A stretch of DNA of 64,000 bases. It comes from a virus. Taxonomy: Duplodnaviria; Caudoviricetes. The stretch covers positions 6,266 through 70,265 of the IMG/VR virus record IMGVR_UViG_2974533118_000001; one strand, 5' to 3'. This document shows positions 52,747 through 61,668 of the stretch, piece by piece. Within the stretch, counting starts at the first letter, position 1, and each line of letters begins with the position of its first letter. The notes beneath the pieces are model-generated. The model was not told the origin of the DNA and ran no database searches. It worked only from the letters and a program-made list of their open reading frames with translations. The translations under genes and the position numbers were made by a program.

Positions 52747-54488
52747 GTCTCGCGCAACTCGAATTGCCCGTTCCCACAACCCGGACCTATGGCTGGTACG
52801 AGTACACAGATCAAGGCAAGCGCGGCAAGTGGACCCTACGCATGGAACCCGCCGTCGCATCCCGCGTGAAGCGCATCTTTGCCCGTGTCCGCTGGACCAC
52901 AGCCGGGACCGTGGAAATCGCGGACTCACTGGACGTGACCCGCGACCTGGAATGGATTCTTGAGCGCTGGCCCATGACCCCAGCCAACGAGGCAACGGCG
53001 GCGCGACTCTACGGCGGCGCGAGGGCGCACCGACGCCGTGAGGAAACCATTCAGCGCGTCATTTCCGGGGAACGCCGTCTTGAGCTCCCGCGCGACCCGG
53101 CGAAAGCCCCGCGTGATTACCAGCTAACCGCCGTGGACCTGTTGCGGCAGACCGGCCGGCTGCTGCTCACGGACTCCCGGGGCTTGGGAAAGACCTACAC
53201 GGGCTTGCTAAACGGCACCCATGAGGACGCTCTGCCCATGCTTGTGGTGCCCCCGGCGCACTTGCCCGGGCGTTGGATGCAAGAGGCACACGAGGCGTTC
53301 CCGTTCCTCAGCGTCCAGATAGCCAAGAAAGGCGCACCCCCGGAAAACTGGACGCCCGACGACATGCCCGACGTCATGGTCGTGCCGTATTCCAAGCTGG
53401 CCGGATGGGCTGACTACTTGGCCGGGAACATCAACACCATTGTGTTTGATGAAGTGCAAGACCTCCGAACAGGCAAGGGCACCCGCAAGGGGCACGCCGC
53501 TGGCATTCTCTGCGAGGATGCCACTTACCGGCTGGGACTGACCGCCACCCCGATTTACAACTACGGCGGCGAAATCTGGAACATTATGGACATTCTCGCG
53601 CCCGGGGAACTGGGCACGAGTGACGAATTTACCCGTGAATGGGGTTCGGTCAACTTCAACGGCAAGACCGTGATCAAGGATCCCGCCGCGCTGGGCAGCT
53701 ACTTGCGCGAGCAAGGTTTGATGCTGGGCAGGAACCGCAAGGACGTGGGCCGTGAGCTTCCGGCCCATGTGACCGTGCCCGTGACCGTAGAGAGCGACCC
53801 GGAAGCCCTGGAAAAGGTCAAGGGCGACGCCCGGGCCATGGCTGAACTGATCCTTTCAGCGAACACCACCAGCTTTGACCGCATGAAGGCAGCCGGGGAA
53901 CTGGACTGGAAGCTACGCGAGGCCACCGGCATTGCCAAAGCCCCATACGTGGCCGAGTTCGTGCGCCTGTTGCTGGAATCTGAGAACAAAATCTTGTTGT
54001 TCGGTTGGCACCGTGCCGTCTATGACATTTGGATGGACTTGCTCAACGAGTTCCAGCCGGTCATGTATACGGGCAGCGAGTCCCCCGCGCAAAAGGATGC
54101 TGCGGCCGCTGAGTTCATCAAGGGCGACGCCCGTATCCTGATCATGTCCTTGCGTTCCGGCAGCGGCGTGGACGGGCTGCAGGAAGCATCCAAGGTGTGC
54201 GTGTTCGGTGAACTGGACTGGTCCCCACAAGTGCACTTGCAAGGTATCGGCCGGCTCGACCGCGACCCCGCAGACCCCGGCGTCGACCTCACCCAAGTGG
54301 AACCCACCGTTGCTTACTACCTGACCACCGAGGACGGCAGCGACCCGGTGATCATGGAAACCCTTGGCATCAAACGCAACCAGTCCGAACCCATGCTGAA
54401 CCCTGACGGGAAACTCACCAGCAACGCCACCCCCGACGCAGGGCGCGCCCGTGCCCTTGCCCAACAAATCCTTGGAGTCACCGAATGA
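52743..54488 (+). CDS. SNF2-family helicase
   Basis: DSRGLGKT, DEVQ, LTATP, GVDGLQ, QGIGRLDR. Confidence 0.9.
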   Translation: MSLAQLELPVPTTRTYGWYEYTDQGKRGKWTLRMEPAVASRVKRIFARVRWTTAGTVEIADSLDVTRDLEWILERWPMTPANEATAARLYGGARAHRRREETIQRVISGERRLELPRDPAKAPRDYQLTAVDLLRQTGRLLLTDSRGLGKTYTGLLNGTHEDALPMLVVPPAHLPGRWMQEAHEAFPFLSVQIAKKGAPPENWTPDDMPDVMVVPYSKLAGWADYLAGNINTIVFDEVQDLRTGKGTRKGHAAGILCEDATYRLGLTATPIYNYGGEIWNIMDILAPGELGTSDEFTREWGSVNFNGKTVIKDPAALGSYLREQGLMLGRNRKDVGRELPAHVTVPVTVESDPEALEKVKGDARAMAELILSANTTSFDRMKAAGELDWKLREATGIAKAPYVAEFVRLLLESENKILLFGWHRAVYDIWMDLLNEFQPVMYTGSESPAQKDAAAAEFIKGDARILIMSLRSGSGVDGLQEASKVCVFGELDWSPQVHLQGIGRLDRDPADPGVDLTQVEPTVAYYLTTEDGSDPVIMETLGIKRNQSEPMLNPDGKLTSNATPDAGRARALAQQILGVTE

Positions 54489-54697
54489 TCAAGCTATTTC
54501 GCCGCCGCCGCTACGTCGTCCAGGCATTCCACCCCGCAGAGTACGCCCCCAACGATCAAAAGCGATTCCACGAGGCATACCAAGCGGACGACTACATGGC
54601 CATGGTGCGCCGTAGCTACCCGTGGACTGAGTTCGTGGTCAGGGACCGGAAAACCGGCCTAGTGAGCCGCTACAAGCACATTCCCCGTGCCCACTGA
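54485..54697 (+). CDS. Hypothetical protein
   Basis: ATGA overlap. Confidence 0.7.
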   Translation: MIKLFRRRRYVVQAFHPAEYAPNDQKRFHEAYQADDYMAMVRRSYPWTEFVVRDRKTGLVSRYKHIPRAH

Positions 54698-55049
54698 CAC
54701 ATGGCCACGGGATGGGTCCGGCAACATACGCATGGTGCTGTATGTTGCCGGTCCCATGACCGGGCTACCGGAGTTCAACCGCCCCCAATTCCATACCGTC
54801 ACCGACGAATTACGGCGCCGAGGCTACTACGTGTTAAATCCGGCACGGCAGCCGTTAGGTTTGGAATATAACGACTATATGAGACGTGGACTGTACGACG
54901 TTTCCCGGGCTGACGGGCTGGCTTTGCTGCCCAACTGGGAAGAATCCAACGGCGCCCGTATCGAACACCGTTTAGCCCTGAAAATGGGCTTGGAATGCAG
55001 ACCCCATGACGAATGGGAAAACCTCTACGAGAAAGAGCCACAACTATGA
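54687..55049 (+). CDS. DUF4406 / nucleoside deoxyribosyltransferase-like protein
   Basis: YVAGPMTGLPEFN...LNPA...LPNWEESNGARIE. Confidence 0.8.
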   Translation: MPTDTWPRDGSGNIRMVLYVAGPMTGLPEFNRPQFHTVTDELRRRGYYVLNPARQPLGLEYNDYMRRGLYDVSRADGLALLPNWEESNGARIEHRLALKMGLECRPHDEWENLYEKEPQL

Positions 55050-55645
55050 GCAAGCCCCTTGTCCAATACGCCACGTTCACCAACGAAAACCGGGAACTGG
55101 CCATTGACGCCAAAGCCCCCAAAGGCGTGCGTCTCAAGATCAGGTCACCCAAGACCGGCAGCACCTTGGGCGTCTTCCAGGTCCCCCACCGTGACCTCCC
55201 GGCCATGATGTTTGAGCTCACGGGCGGCGCCGCAGCCGAACAGGAACTTGCCGACGCCCAAGAGATCGTAGAGGCATTCCAGAGTGGCGAGAACAGCCCC
55301 CAAGGCGTGGCCATGCTGACCCGCCGGCTGCTGCTGGCCCTCCATATCAACGCCACCAACGTCATTGCCGCTGAGGCGCTTGGGGAAGCCCCCGGCCCCG
55401 CCGAGGAACCGGGCGGCTGCCAAGGCTGCCGAGACTTTGCCGAGTCCTACGAGAACGCCACCCACCCCCACGAAACCATGCAAGACCCGGACTACAACCC
55501 CGACGCCACCCCCGTGGAAGACCCGGAACCCCTCAGCCCGGAAGACGTGCGCCAAGCCCTCACGGAAGCCCTCCAGGAAAACGAGAGCCTACGCACCCGG
55601 CTAATGGCCGTCGCCGCCGTCCTTGACCCCACCACCCAGTTCTGA
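55046..55645 (+). CDS. Hypothetical protein
   Basis: ATGA overlap; CQGC motif. Confidence 0.7.
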   Translation: MSKPLVQYATFTNENRELAIDAKAPKGVRLKIRSPKTGSTLGVFQVPHRDLPAMMFELTGGAAAEQELADAQEIVEAFQSGENSPQGVAMLTRRLLLALHINATNVIAAEALGEAPGPAEEPGGCQGCRDFAESYENATHPHETMQDPDYNPDATPVEDPEPLSPEDVRQALTEALQENESLRTRLMAVAAVLDPTTQF

Positions 55646-55648
55646 ACC

Positions 55649-55930
55649 ATGACCGAGTACAAGCGACCAGCCCGGGCGACGGGTGATAACTGCGTAATCC
55701 CGGAATGCCAGTGCCCCATCCGTGACTGTGGCCGCGCGACCCCGGAAACCAAGGGCATGCGCCGCGCTGACAAGCTTGGCCGCTGCGCTGTCTGCCGCGA
55801 GAAAGGCATACCCGTGCCCCCGGGAACCATCACCACCAGTGAGCTACTAAAGGACTTCGAGTGGTCCCCAGAGCTCTTGGCCGACGCCGTGAACTACGCC
55901 ATGGAGAACATGCTCGATGATGCTGCATAA
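55649..55930 (+). CDS. Cys-rich hypothetical protein
   Basis: CVIPECQC...C...CAVC. Confidence 0.7.
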   Translation: MTEYKRPARATGDNCVIPECQCPIRDCGRATPETKGMRRADKLGRCAVCREKGIPVPPGTITTSELLKDFEWSPELLADAVNYAMENMLDDAA

Positions 55931-56330
55931 CCCGCCCCTCACAATCGTGGCCACCGTGCCCATGGCTGACCTGTTGAACGCAAACGTGAGCGCCCACTGG
56001 GGCAACCGCAGCCCCAAAGTCAAGGCTTTGCGTGAGGCCGGGGGCTGGCTCATGCGCGAAAAGCACAAGGGCCGGAACCCCTACTTTGAGCGCTGCCACA
56101 TCAACGTCCGGGTGCTGTTCCCCAACAAATCCCGGGACCGCGACACCATGAACTACTACCCCACCAGCAAAGCCCACGTGGACGGCTTCATTGACGCCAA
56201 ACTTGCAATCAACGACCACGAGGGCATTGTGATTGGCCCACACCTGTGGCCCACCGCCGAACTGTCCGGCATGCCCGGTTTCGCCAAGTTCATCTACACA
56301 ATCACCCACTTGGACAGCACCTATGAGTGA
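55917..56330 (+). CDS. rusA: RusA-like Holliday junction resolvase
   Basis: LNAN...HW...RDTMNYYPTSKAHVDG...ND pattern. Confidence 0.7.
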   Translation: MMLHNPPLTIVATVPMADLLNANVSAHWGNRSPKVKALREAGGWLMREKHKGRNPYFERCHINVRVLFPNKSRDRDTMNYYPTSKAHVDGFIDAKLAINDHEGIVIGPHLWPTAELSGMPGFAKFIYTITHLDSTYE

Positions 56331-56520
56331 CCACATTCAACGCATCCGGGAAGACCTCAACCGGGAACGGCTGAGACTCCTGGAAGACCTCAGCCGGGAA
56401 GCACGCACCCCCGCTTACTACCGGCCCCGCAAAGAACACCCCAGCGCCGGCCGACGCCGCGCCGAAATCCTCCGAACCGAAAACGCAGCATTCTACGCCG
56501 CAAGAAAGGCCACCAAATGA
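56323..56520 (+). CDS. Hypothetical protein
   Basis: Coupled overlaps. Confidence 0.65.
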   Translation: MSDHIQRIREDLNRERLRLLEDLSREARTPAYYRPRKEHPSAGRRRAEILRTENAAFYAARKATK

Positions 56521-56900
56521 GCATGACCTACGGACCCCGCGACCGCCACGACGACCTCAACCGGGGGTTGCTGTTCGGCGCTTTCCTGATAGTGGCAATC
56601 ATCATTGTGGCTGCCGTGTTCTTCGCCCAGACCGCTTCCAAGCAAGCGCAGGTTTGCACCGTGTCCGGCAAGCACATGACCAACGACGTGCAAGACGGCC
56701 AAAGCGTCCGCGTGTATCAGGTGGAAACCTCCGATTGTGGGGTGCTGCGCATTGAAGACAACGCCCTGCAGGGTGTGTTCAACAGCGCGGACCTGTTCGC
56801 CGCCCTCCACGAGGGGCAGCGCTACCGCTTCACCACCGTGGGTTGGCGGATCCCGTTCCTCAGCCAGTTCCCCAGCGTCACCAAGGTTGAAAGCGCATGA
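56517..56900 (+). CDS. Membrane-anchored OB-fold-like protein
   Basis: TM helix, then CTV..K...TSDCGV...NSADL...GWRIPFLSQFP. Confidence 0.8.
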   Translation: MSMTYGPRDRHDDLNRGLLFGAFLIVAIIIVAAVFFAQTASKQAQVCTVSGKHMTNDVQDGQSVRVYQVETSDCGVLRIEDNALQGVFNSADLFAALHEGQRYRFTTVGWRIPFLSQFPSVTKVESA

Positions 56901-57085
56901 GCCAGAGCAAGCCAAAAGGCTGCACATGCACTAACCACTGCCCCGAAAGTGACAACCCTTGCCCCCACTGCCGGGGGCTGGACATTTACAGCCCGTGCCC
57001 CGTCGTGGGGTTCGGTTGCGGCGACTGTGGAGACGTGGAAGACCCATGTTGCACCCCAGAGGAACAGGCAGCCGCCAAGTCATGA
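56897..57085 (+). CDS. 62-aa Cys-rich microprotein
   Basis: 10 Cys; ATGA overlaps on both sides. Confidence 0.7.
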   Translation: MSQSKPKGCTCTNHCPESDNPCPHCRGLDIYSPCPVVGFGCGDCGDVEDPCCTPEEQAAAKS

Positions 57086-57309
57086 GACGCCGCTACGTGA
57101 ACCGCGACGCGCGCCCGTGGTTCATCACCCCCGCAGAACAAGCCCACATTGACAGCTTCGCACCCCCGGAAGAGCTCAACGAATGCCTAACTATCGTGAT
57201 CCCAGGACCCGCAAAAACGCCACCAGTGGACGCCGCGCCCCCGACTATAAGCCCGTGGCGCTGGAACCCAGCAAAGGCCGCGGACCCGGCAAACCCAAGC
57301 CCGTGGTGA
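57082..57309 (+). CDS. Hypothetical protein
   Basis: ATGA overlap. Confidence 0.6.
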   Translation: MRRRYVNRDARPWFITPAEQAHIDSFAPPEELNECLTIVIPGPAKTPPVDAAPPTISPWRWNPAKAADPANPSPW

Positions 57310-57566
57310 GGATCAACCAGCCGGCGCGCGATAACCACTGGATGAAAGACCTCTACCTCGCCACCCCAGAACCACCCCGCGACGCCGCAGCGATCCGGGC
57401 AGACCTCATGGAAGCCGAGAAACTGGAACACGACCCCGACGTCGTGCATGAGGAAGGCAGCTGGGGCGCCGCTGGCTGCCCCCGCTGTGACGCCATGGAA
57501 CCCCTCAGCAACGAACTACTACGGGCGACCTTGCGAGGACCGGAACGGGGCAGCGATGCCCCGTAA
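57306..57566 (+). CDS. Hypothetical protein
   Basis: GTGA overlap; H...CPRC. Confidence 0.6.
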   Translation: MRINQPARDNHWMKDLYLATPEPPRDAAAIRADLMEAEKLEHDPDVVHEEGSWGAAGCPRCDAMEPLSNELLRATLRGPERGSDAP

Positions 57567-58050
57567 GACTCAAGCCGAACGATTCTGGGAAAAGGTAGAG
57601 GTCAAGGAAGACCACGAGTGCTGGCCATGGACGGCCTACGTGGACAAGTCCAAGGGCTATGGGCAATTTGGTGTTGGTGGGCGTGACGGTGGGCTAGAAT
57701 CGGCCCACCGCATGGCCTACCGGCTCGCTGTAGGGCCAATCGGGGAAGGCATGCACATTGACCACACATGCCACAACGGCAGCGGGTGCCCGGGCGGCAA
57801 AGAGTGCCCACACCGCCGTTGCTGCAACCCCGCGCACCTGGAACAGGTCACCCAAGAGGTCAACAAGGCGCGAGGGGAAGCCGGGGCATACAACGCCGCA
57901 AAGACAGCATGCCCCCAAGGGCACAGCTACACGCCCGAAAACATTCTGTGGCGCCGGGGCGGACGTGACCGCGTTTGCCGGCTATGCAACAGGAACCACC
58001 AAGCGAAATACCGCGAGAAAATGAGAGCAAGGCGCATACATGTCAGGTGA
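57556..58050 (+). CDS. HNH endonuclease
   Basis: RFWEKV...CWPW...GYG...AHR...IDHTC...CCNPAHLE...N; C-terminal CPQGH...CRLC. Confidence 0.9.
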   Translation: MPRKTQAERFWEKVEVKEDHECWPWTAYVDKSKGYGQFGVGGRDGGLESAHRMAYRLAVGPIGEGMHIDHTCHNGSGCPGGKECPHRRCCNPAHLEQVTQEVNKARGEAGAYNAAKTACPQGHSYTPENILWRRGGRDRVCRLCNRNHQAKYREKMRARRIHVR

Positions 58051-58609
58051 GACAACAATTACGGTTATCGGGAATCTGACCACAGACCCCGAGCTTAGGT
58101 TCGTACCGTCAGGCAGCGCGGTGGCCAACTTCACCATTGCCAGCACGCCCCGGACGTTCGACAGGCAAAAAAACGAATGGGTTGATGCAGAGACCTTGTT
58201 TTTACGCTGCTCCATTTGGCGTGAGGCTGCGGAGAACGTGGCCGAGTCTCTGACCAAGGGCATGCGCGTGATCGTGTCCGGCCGGCTCAAGTCCAGGTCA
58301 TATGACACAAAGGAAGGCGACAAGCGCACGGTCATTGAGCTTGAGGTGGACGAAATCGGCCCCAGCTTGCGCTACGCCCAAGCCAAGGTGAACCGGACGC
58401 AGCGCAGCAACAATGGCGGCGGTGGGTTTGGTGGCGGTAATGGCGCGTCACAGGGCGGTCAGGGCGGCGGGGGCGGATATAGTAATCAAGGCGGTTTTGG
58501 TGGCGGTGCGAGTAGCGCGCCGGCCAACGCGGACGACCCGTGGGCGACTCCCGGCGTTAGCAATGCTGGCGGCTGGGGGAATGGCCCCGACTCCGAACCG
58601 CCCTTTTAG
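58040..58609 (+). CDS. ssb: Single-stranded DNA-binding protein
   Basis: [15 protein letters not shown]...[16 protein letters not shown]; Gly-rich tail ending EPPF. Confidence 0.97.
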   Translation: MSGETTITVIGNLTTDPELRFVPSGSAVANFTIASTPRTFDRQKNEWVDAETLFLRCSIWREAAENVAESLTKGMRVIVSGRLKSRSYDTKEGDKRTVIELEVDEIGPSLRYAQAKVNRTQRSNNGGGGFGGGNGASQGGQGGGGGYSNQGGFGGGASSAPANADDPWATPGVSNAGGWGNGPDSEPPF

Positions 58610-58751
58610 CTTCCAGTTGGTCCGGTTAGGTGCGTTTAGTGTGTGAGCGGAATTAGTACGCCGTGGAACCACTCTAAAGATGATGTAGACGTTGCCAGCG
58701 ATCCGGTAGCCAACAGGTGAGGTGGAGGACGTAGGGCGTTACGTTGGAAGC

Positions 58752-58795
58752 CACAAGATAGCCCCGGTGCACGCTCGCGCCGGGGCTTTCTTGTG
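58752..58795. terminator. Intrinsic terminator
   Basis: CACAAGATAGCCCCGGTGC...GCGCCGGGGCTTTCTTGTG. Confidence 0.75.
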
Positions 58796-58815
58796 CCCTC
58801 TTGCATGAAGTGTGG

Positions 58816-58845
58816 TTGCATTCCCCTGTAGTGAGGTGCTACATT
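58816..58845 (+). promoter_or_regulatory. Early SigA-type promoter with palindrome
   Basis: TTGCAT-N18-TACATT containing TGTAG-N7-CTACA; near copy of the promoter at 23882-23911. Confidence 0.75.
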
Positions 58846-58889
58846 CTTTCTAACGCACCAACCGCCACAGCTACGCAAAGGAACCCGCC

Positions 58890-59615
58890 ATGACCGCCGA
58901 ACAGCCCCTTGACCTCCACACCTTCGCTAAAGGTGACACGTTCTACTACGGCACCAGCGAGGTGATTTATACGGCCACCAAGGTGACCAAGCGTTACATG
59001 CACGCTCTTGGCCCGACCGGGCGTGCCGTGCGTTTCGATCTTCGCCACGACCCCTTGACCCCCGCCGTTGCCACCGCAGACGAGTGGCCCACTGTGGCTG
59101 ATCTTGTGGAGTGCATGCAGAACGAGTTTCGCACCGAGCAAGGCGAGGACTACACCCCCAGCGTGGACGCCGTGGCCGAGTCAGCCGACGATTTGTTCCC
59201 GGAAGTACCGGACGACGACGCCGACGCCGCAGCGTTCCACAAGCGTGCTGAGGGCATCATGAACGCGGCTTTGGCAATCATGCGGGTTTGGGCTGCTGAA
59301 CAAACCCCGGACGCCCCCACGCCGCTGCTGCACCCCAAGCGCGAGGTGTTCAACGTGTCAGCGACTTTGGACGGCAAAGCGGTGGTGGAAACCATCACCG
59401 TGCAGGGCAACATCAAGCGTGCCCGGTCTGTGGCGGACATGCTCGCGTGCAAGTACGGGTTCGGGCCGCTGACTATCAACTTCCACACCGCATTGCTTGA
59501 GTTCCACCAAGGCAGCGGGGAAGCTGGCGTTGAGATTGAGGACATGGACGCCGACGACCCGTGGGAGTGGGGGCCACATGATGAAGAAATGACCGCTGAA
59601 ATGGCCGCTGAATAG
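58890..59615 (+). CDS. Acidic early hypothetical protein
   Basis: AAAGGA RBS; monocistronic between an early promoter and a terminator. Confidence 0.8.
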   Translation: MTAEQPLDLHTFAKGDTFYYGTSEVIYTATKVTKRYMHALGPTGRAVRFDLRHDPLTPAVATADEWPTVADLVECMQNEFRTEQGEDYTPSVDAVAESADDLFPEVPDDDADAAAFHKRAEGIMNAALAIMRVWAAEQTPDAPTPLLHPKREVFNVSATLDGKAVVETITVQGNIKRARSVADMLACKYGFGPLTINFHTALLEFHQGSGEAGVEIEDMDADDPWEWGPHDEEMTAEMAAE

Positions 59616-59631
59616 ATCAAGAGATACCGAG

Positions 59632-59658
59632 AAAGCCACCCTACGGGGTGGCTTTTTT
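59632..59658 (+). terminator. Intrinsic terminator
   Basis: AAAGCCACCC-TACG-GGGTGGCTTTTTT. Confidence 0.9.
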
Positions 59659-59669
59659 CGTGCCCGGAC

Positions 59670-59702
59670 AAAAACAAGCACGCGCCAAGAGAGACTGAGG
59701 TT
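59670..59702 (+). promoter_or_regulatory. Middle-class promoter, copy 9 (leaderless)
   Basis: AAAAACAAGCACG-N13-TG-AGGT-T-ATG. Confidence 0.75.
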
Positions 59703-59942
59703 ATGGACGCTTTTGAGTATCAGACCGTGAAGGTTCCCCGCGACGCCAAGGGGCGCACTAAAGCGCTGACGGCCTACGGGCAGCAAGGGTGGGAGGTCAC
59801 GCACACCAGTGACGCATGGCAAAAGACCGTGACCGTGACCATGCGCCGCATGGTGCCCGGTGGCGCGAGGCCCAAGCCGAAACAGCCCGGGCTTTTGGGT
59901 CTGATATTCCAAGCAATCGCGAACCGCAACACCGCCAAGTAA
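59703..59942 (+). CDS. Hypothetical protein (DUF4177-like)
   Basis: FEYQTV...YGQQGWEV pattern. Confidence 0.7.
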   Translation: MDAFEYQTVKVPRDAKGRTKALTAYGQQGWEVTHTSDAWQKTVTVTMRRMVPGGARPKPKQPGLLGLIFQAIANRNTAK

Positions 59943-59954
59943 AGGAACCCAGCT

Positions 59955-61070
59955 TTGAAACTGACTATTGATTCCAGCGCGCTCAACGAGGCTGTGGGCT
60001 TCGCTGCCCGGGCCGTGAACCCCCGCCACGCCCAGCCGGTCCTCACGGGTCTTGTGCTGGAAGCTGCCGGGGGCACGCTGTCCATTCGTGGCTTTGACCA
60101 GACCAAGGCCAATGCCGTGGAAATCGCCGCTGACATTGAGGAAGACGGCCTTGTGTTGCTGCCCGGGGCGGTGCTGGCCAACATGCTCAAGGCGCTGCCG
60201 ACTAACAAGCCGCTGGACCTGGAAGTGGCCGATAGGGCCACGCTCAAGGTGGGGCGCGCCAAGTTCTCTACCCCGGTCATGTCCATGGACAATTACCCGG
60301 TGTTGCCGGGGCTGCCGCAGCGCCTTGGTTACGTGGACAGTGACGTGTTCGCCAAGGCTGTGGGGCAGATTCAGCACGCAGCCGGCCGGAACTCTGACGT
60401 GGAGGTGCTGAACGGCATCAAGGTGGAGCTCCGCGGCGACCTGTTGCAGTTCATTGCCACTGACCGTTACCGGGTGGCCATGGCTGAAATTCCGATCCAC
60501 CGTTATGAGGGCACCCCGCATGAGGCTGATTTCCTTGTGCTCGCTGAGGTGCTGGTGAACGCTGCCCGGGGCGGTAGCGGCAACATGGACGTGCTGGGTT
60601 CGGAACAGCGGATTGGGTTTGTGTCAGCTACCAGGACGGCCACGGCCAACCTCATGGCGGGGCAGTATCCCCCGGTTCACAAGCTGTTCCCGGCTGCGCA
60701 CATGGTGGCCAACAGGGCGACCATTGACGTTGACGCGCTGCTGGGTGCTGTGACTCGTGCCGCCGTCGTCGTGGACGGCAAGAACCCCATCCGGCTGAAC
60801 TTCCGGCAAGGCGAGGTCATTGTGGACGCTGGCCGTGCTGACTCCAACGCTGGTGAGGAAGCCGTGGAGTGCTGGCACGACTTCGAGGGGCCAAAGGCGG
60901 TGGGATTCAACCCCACGTATCTGGCCGAGGGCTTGCGCTCACTGGCCACCCCGCAAGCCGTGTTTGGGTTCCACGCTGAGACCGGCGTCAAGCCCATTAG
61001 CCTGACCGATTCCGGCGACATGGTGACCAACAAGCAATTGCTCATGCCCATGCGACTGGAAAGCATCTAG
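59955..61070 (+). CDS. dnaN: DNA polymerase III beta sliding clamp
   Basis: 371 aa; QPVLTGL...ATDRYR...YPPV..LFP...GFNPTYL...LLMPMR. Confidence 0.95.
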   Translation: MKLTIDSSALNEAVGFAARAVNPRHAQPVLTGLVLEAAGGTLSIRGFDQTKANAVEIAADIEEDGLVLLPGAVLANMLKALPTNKPLDLEVADRATLKVGRAKFSTPVMSMDNYPVLPGLPQRLGYVDSDVFAKAVGQIQHAAGRNSDVEVLNGIKVELRGDLLQFIATDRYRVAMAEIPIHRYEGTPHEADFLVLAEVLVNAARGGSGNMDVLGSEQRIGFVSATRTATANLMAGQYPPVHKLFPAAHMVANRATIDVDALLGAVTRAAVVVDGKNPIRLNFRQGEVIVDAGRADSNAGEEAVECWHDFEGPKAVGFNPTYLAEGLRSLATPQAVFGFHAETGVKPISLTDSGDMVTNKQLLMPMRLESI

Positions 61071-61118
61071 CGGCGTGTTAATCTGATTTCCTTGCTGCGT
61101 CGGGTTGCAGGGGTCACG

Positions 61119-61154
61119 GGAAAGCCCGGGGATTATGTCCCCGGGCTTTCCTTT
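61119..61154 (+). terminator. Intrinsic terminator
   Basis: GGAAAGCCCGGGGA-TTATG-TCCCCGGGCTTTCC-TTT. Confidence 0.8.
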
Positions 61155-61158
61155 GCCC

Positions 61159-61191
61159 AAAAACAGGCACGCTCGCGCATAGCGTGGGAAT
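61159..61191 (+). promoter_or_regulatory. Middle-class promoter, copy 10
   Basis: AAAAACAGGCACG-N13-TG-GGAA-T. Confidence 0.7.
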
Positions 61192-61221
61192 TGACGGCAC
61201 AACCGACGAATTGAGGATCCA

Positions 61222-61668
61222 TTGATTCCCGTAGACCAGACCATATTTGCGGCCACCGGCAGAAACGACGGCAACGCCGCTGACGGAACCCCCGGCAACT
61301 GCTTTCAGGCGTGCATTGCTTCGCTGCTGGAACTACCCCTTGAGCAAGTGCCCCACTTCATCACCCATGAGGACTGGTGGGAGGTCACCAAGGCTTTCGT
61401 GTCCGCTCACAAGCCGGGTTGGACGATTGAGCATTACGACGCCAGTTTCCCGGCCTACCAAGACCCGGAACACCCGGAAGCGCCCACCCATGTGATTGGG
61501 TCCGGCAAGTCGCCGCGCGGGGACTTCTACCACGCCGCAATTGTGGACGCTGTGACGGGCGAGCTCGCGCACGACCCGCACCCGTCCAGGGCCGGGTTTT
61601 TGGGTGAAATGGATAGCATGTTTGCCCTTGTGGCAAAGCCTACGGTTGAACAGGTGGCAGCAAATTGA
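61222..61668 (+). CDS. Putative C39-like cysteine peptidase
   Basis: GAGGA RBS; GNCFQACIASLL...YHAAIV...AHDP gives a possible Cys-His-Asp triad. Confidence 0.5.
   Translation: MIPVDQTIFAATGRNDGNAADGTPGNCFQACIASLLELPLEQVPHFITHEDWWEVTKAFVSAHKPGWTIEHYDASFPAYQDPEHPEAPTHVIGSGKSPRGDFYHAAIVDAVTGELAHDPHPSRAGFLGEMDSMFALVAKPTVEQVAAN

Noticed and set aside
58630-58750. Possible tRNA, and a lac-operator-like GTGAGCGGA
   Set aside because: No cloverleaf or T-arm consensus found; the operator similarity is short and likely chance
24715-60521. Other long antisense ORFs (24715-26007, 43991-45319, 59358-60521 and similar)
   Set aside because: Same shadow-frame artefact; they fully overlap well-supported plus-strand genes
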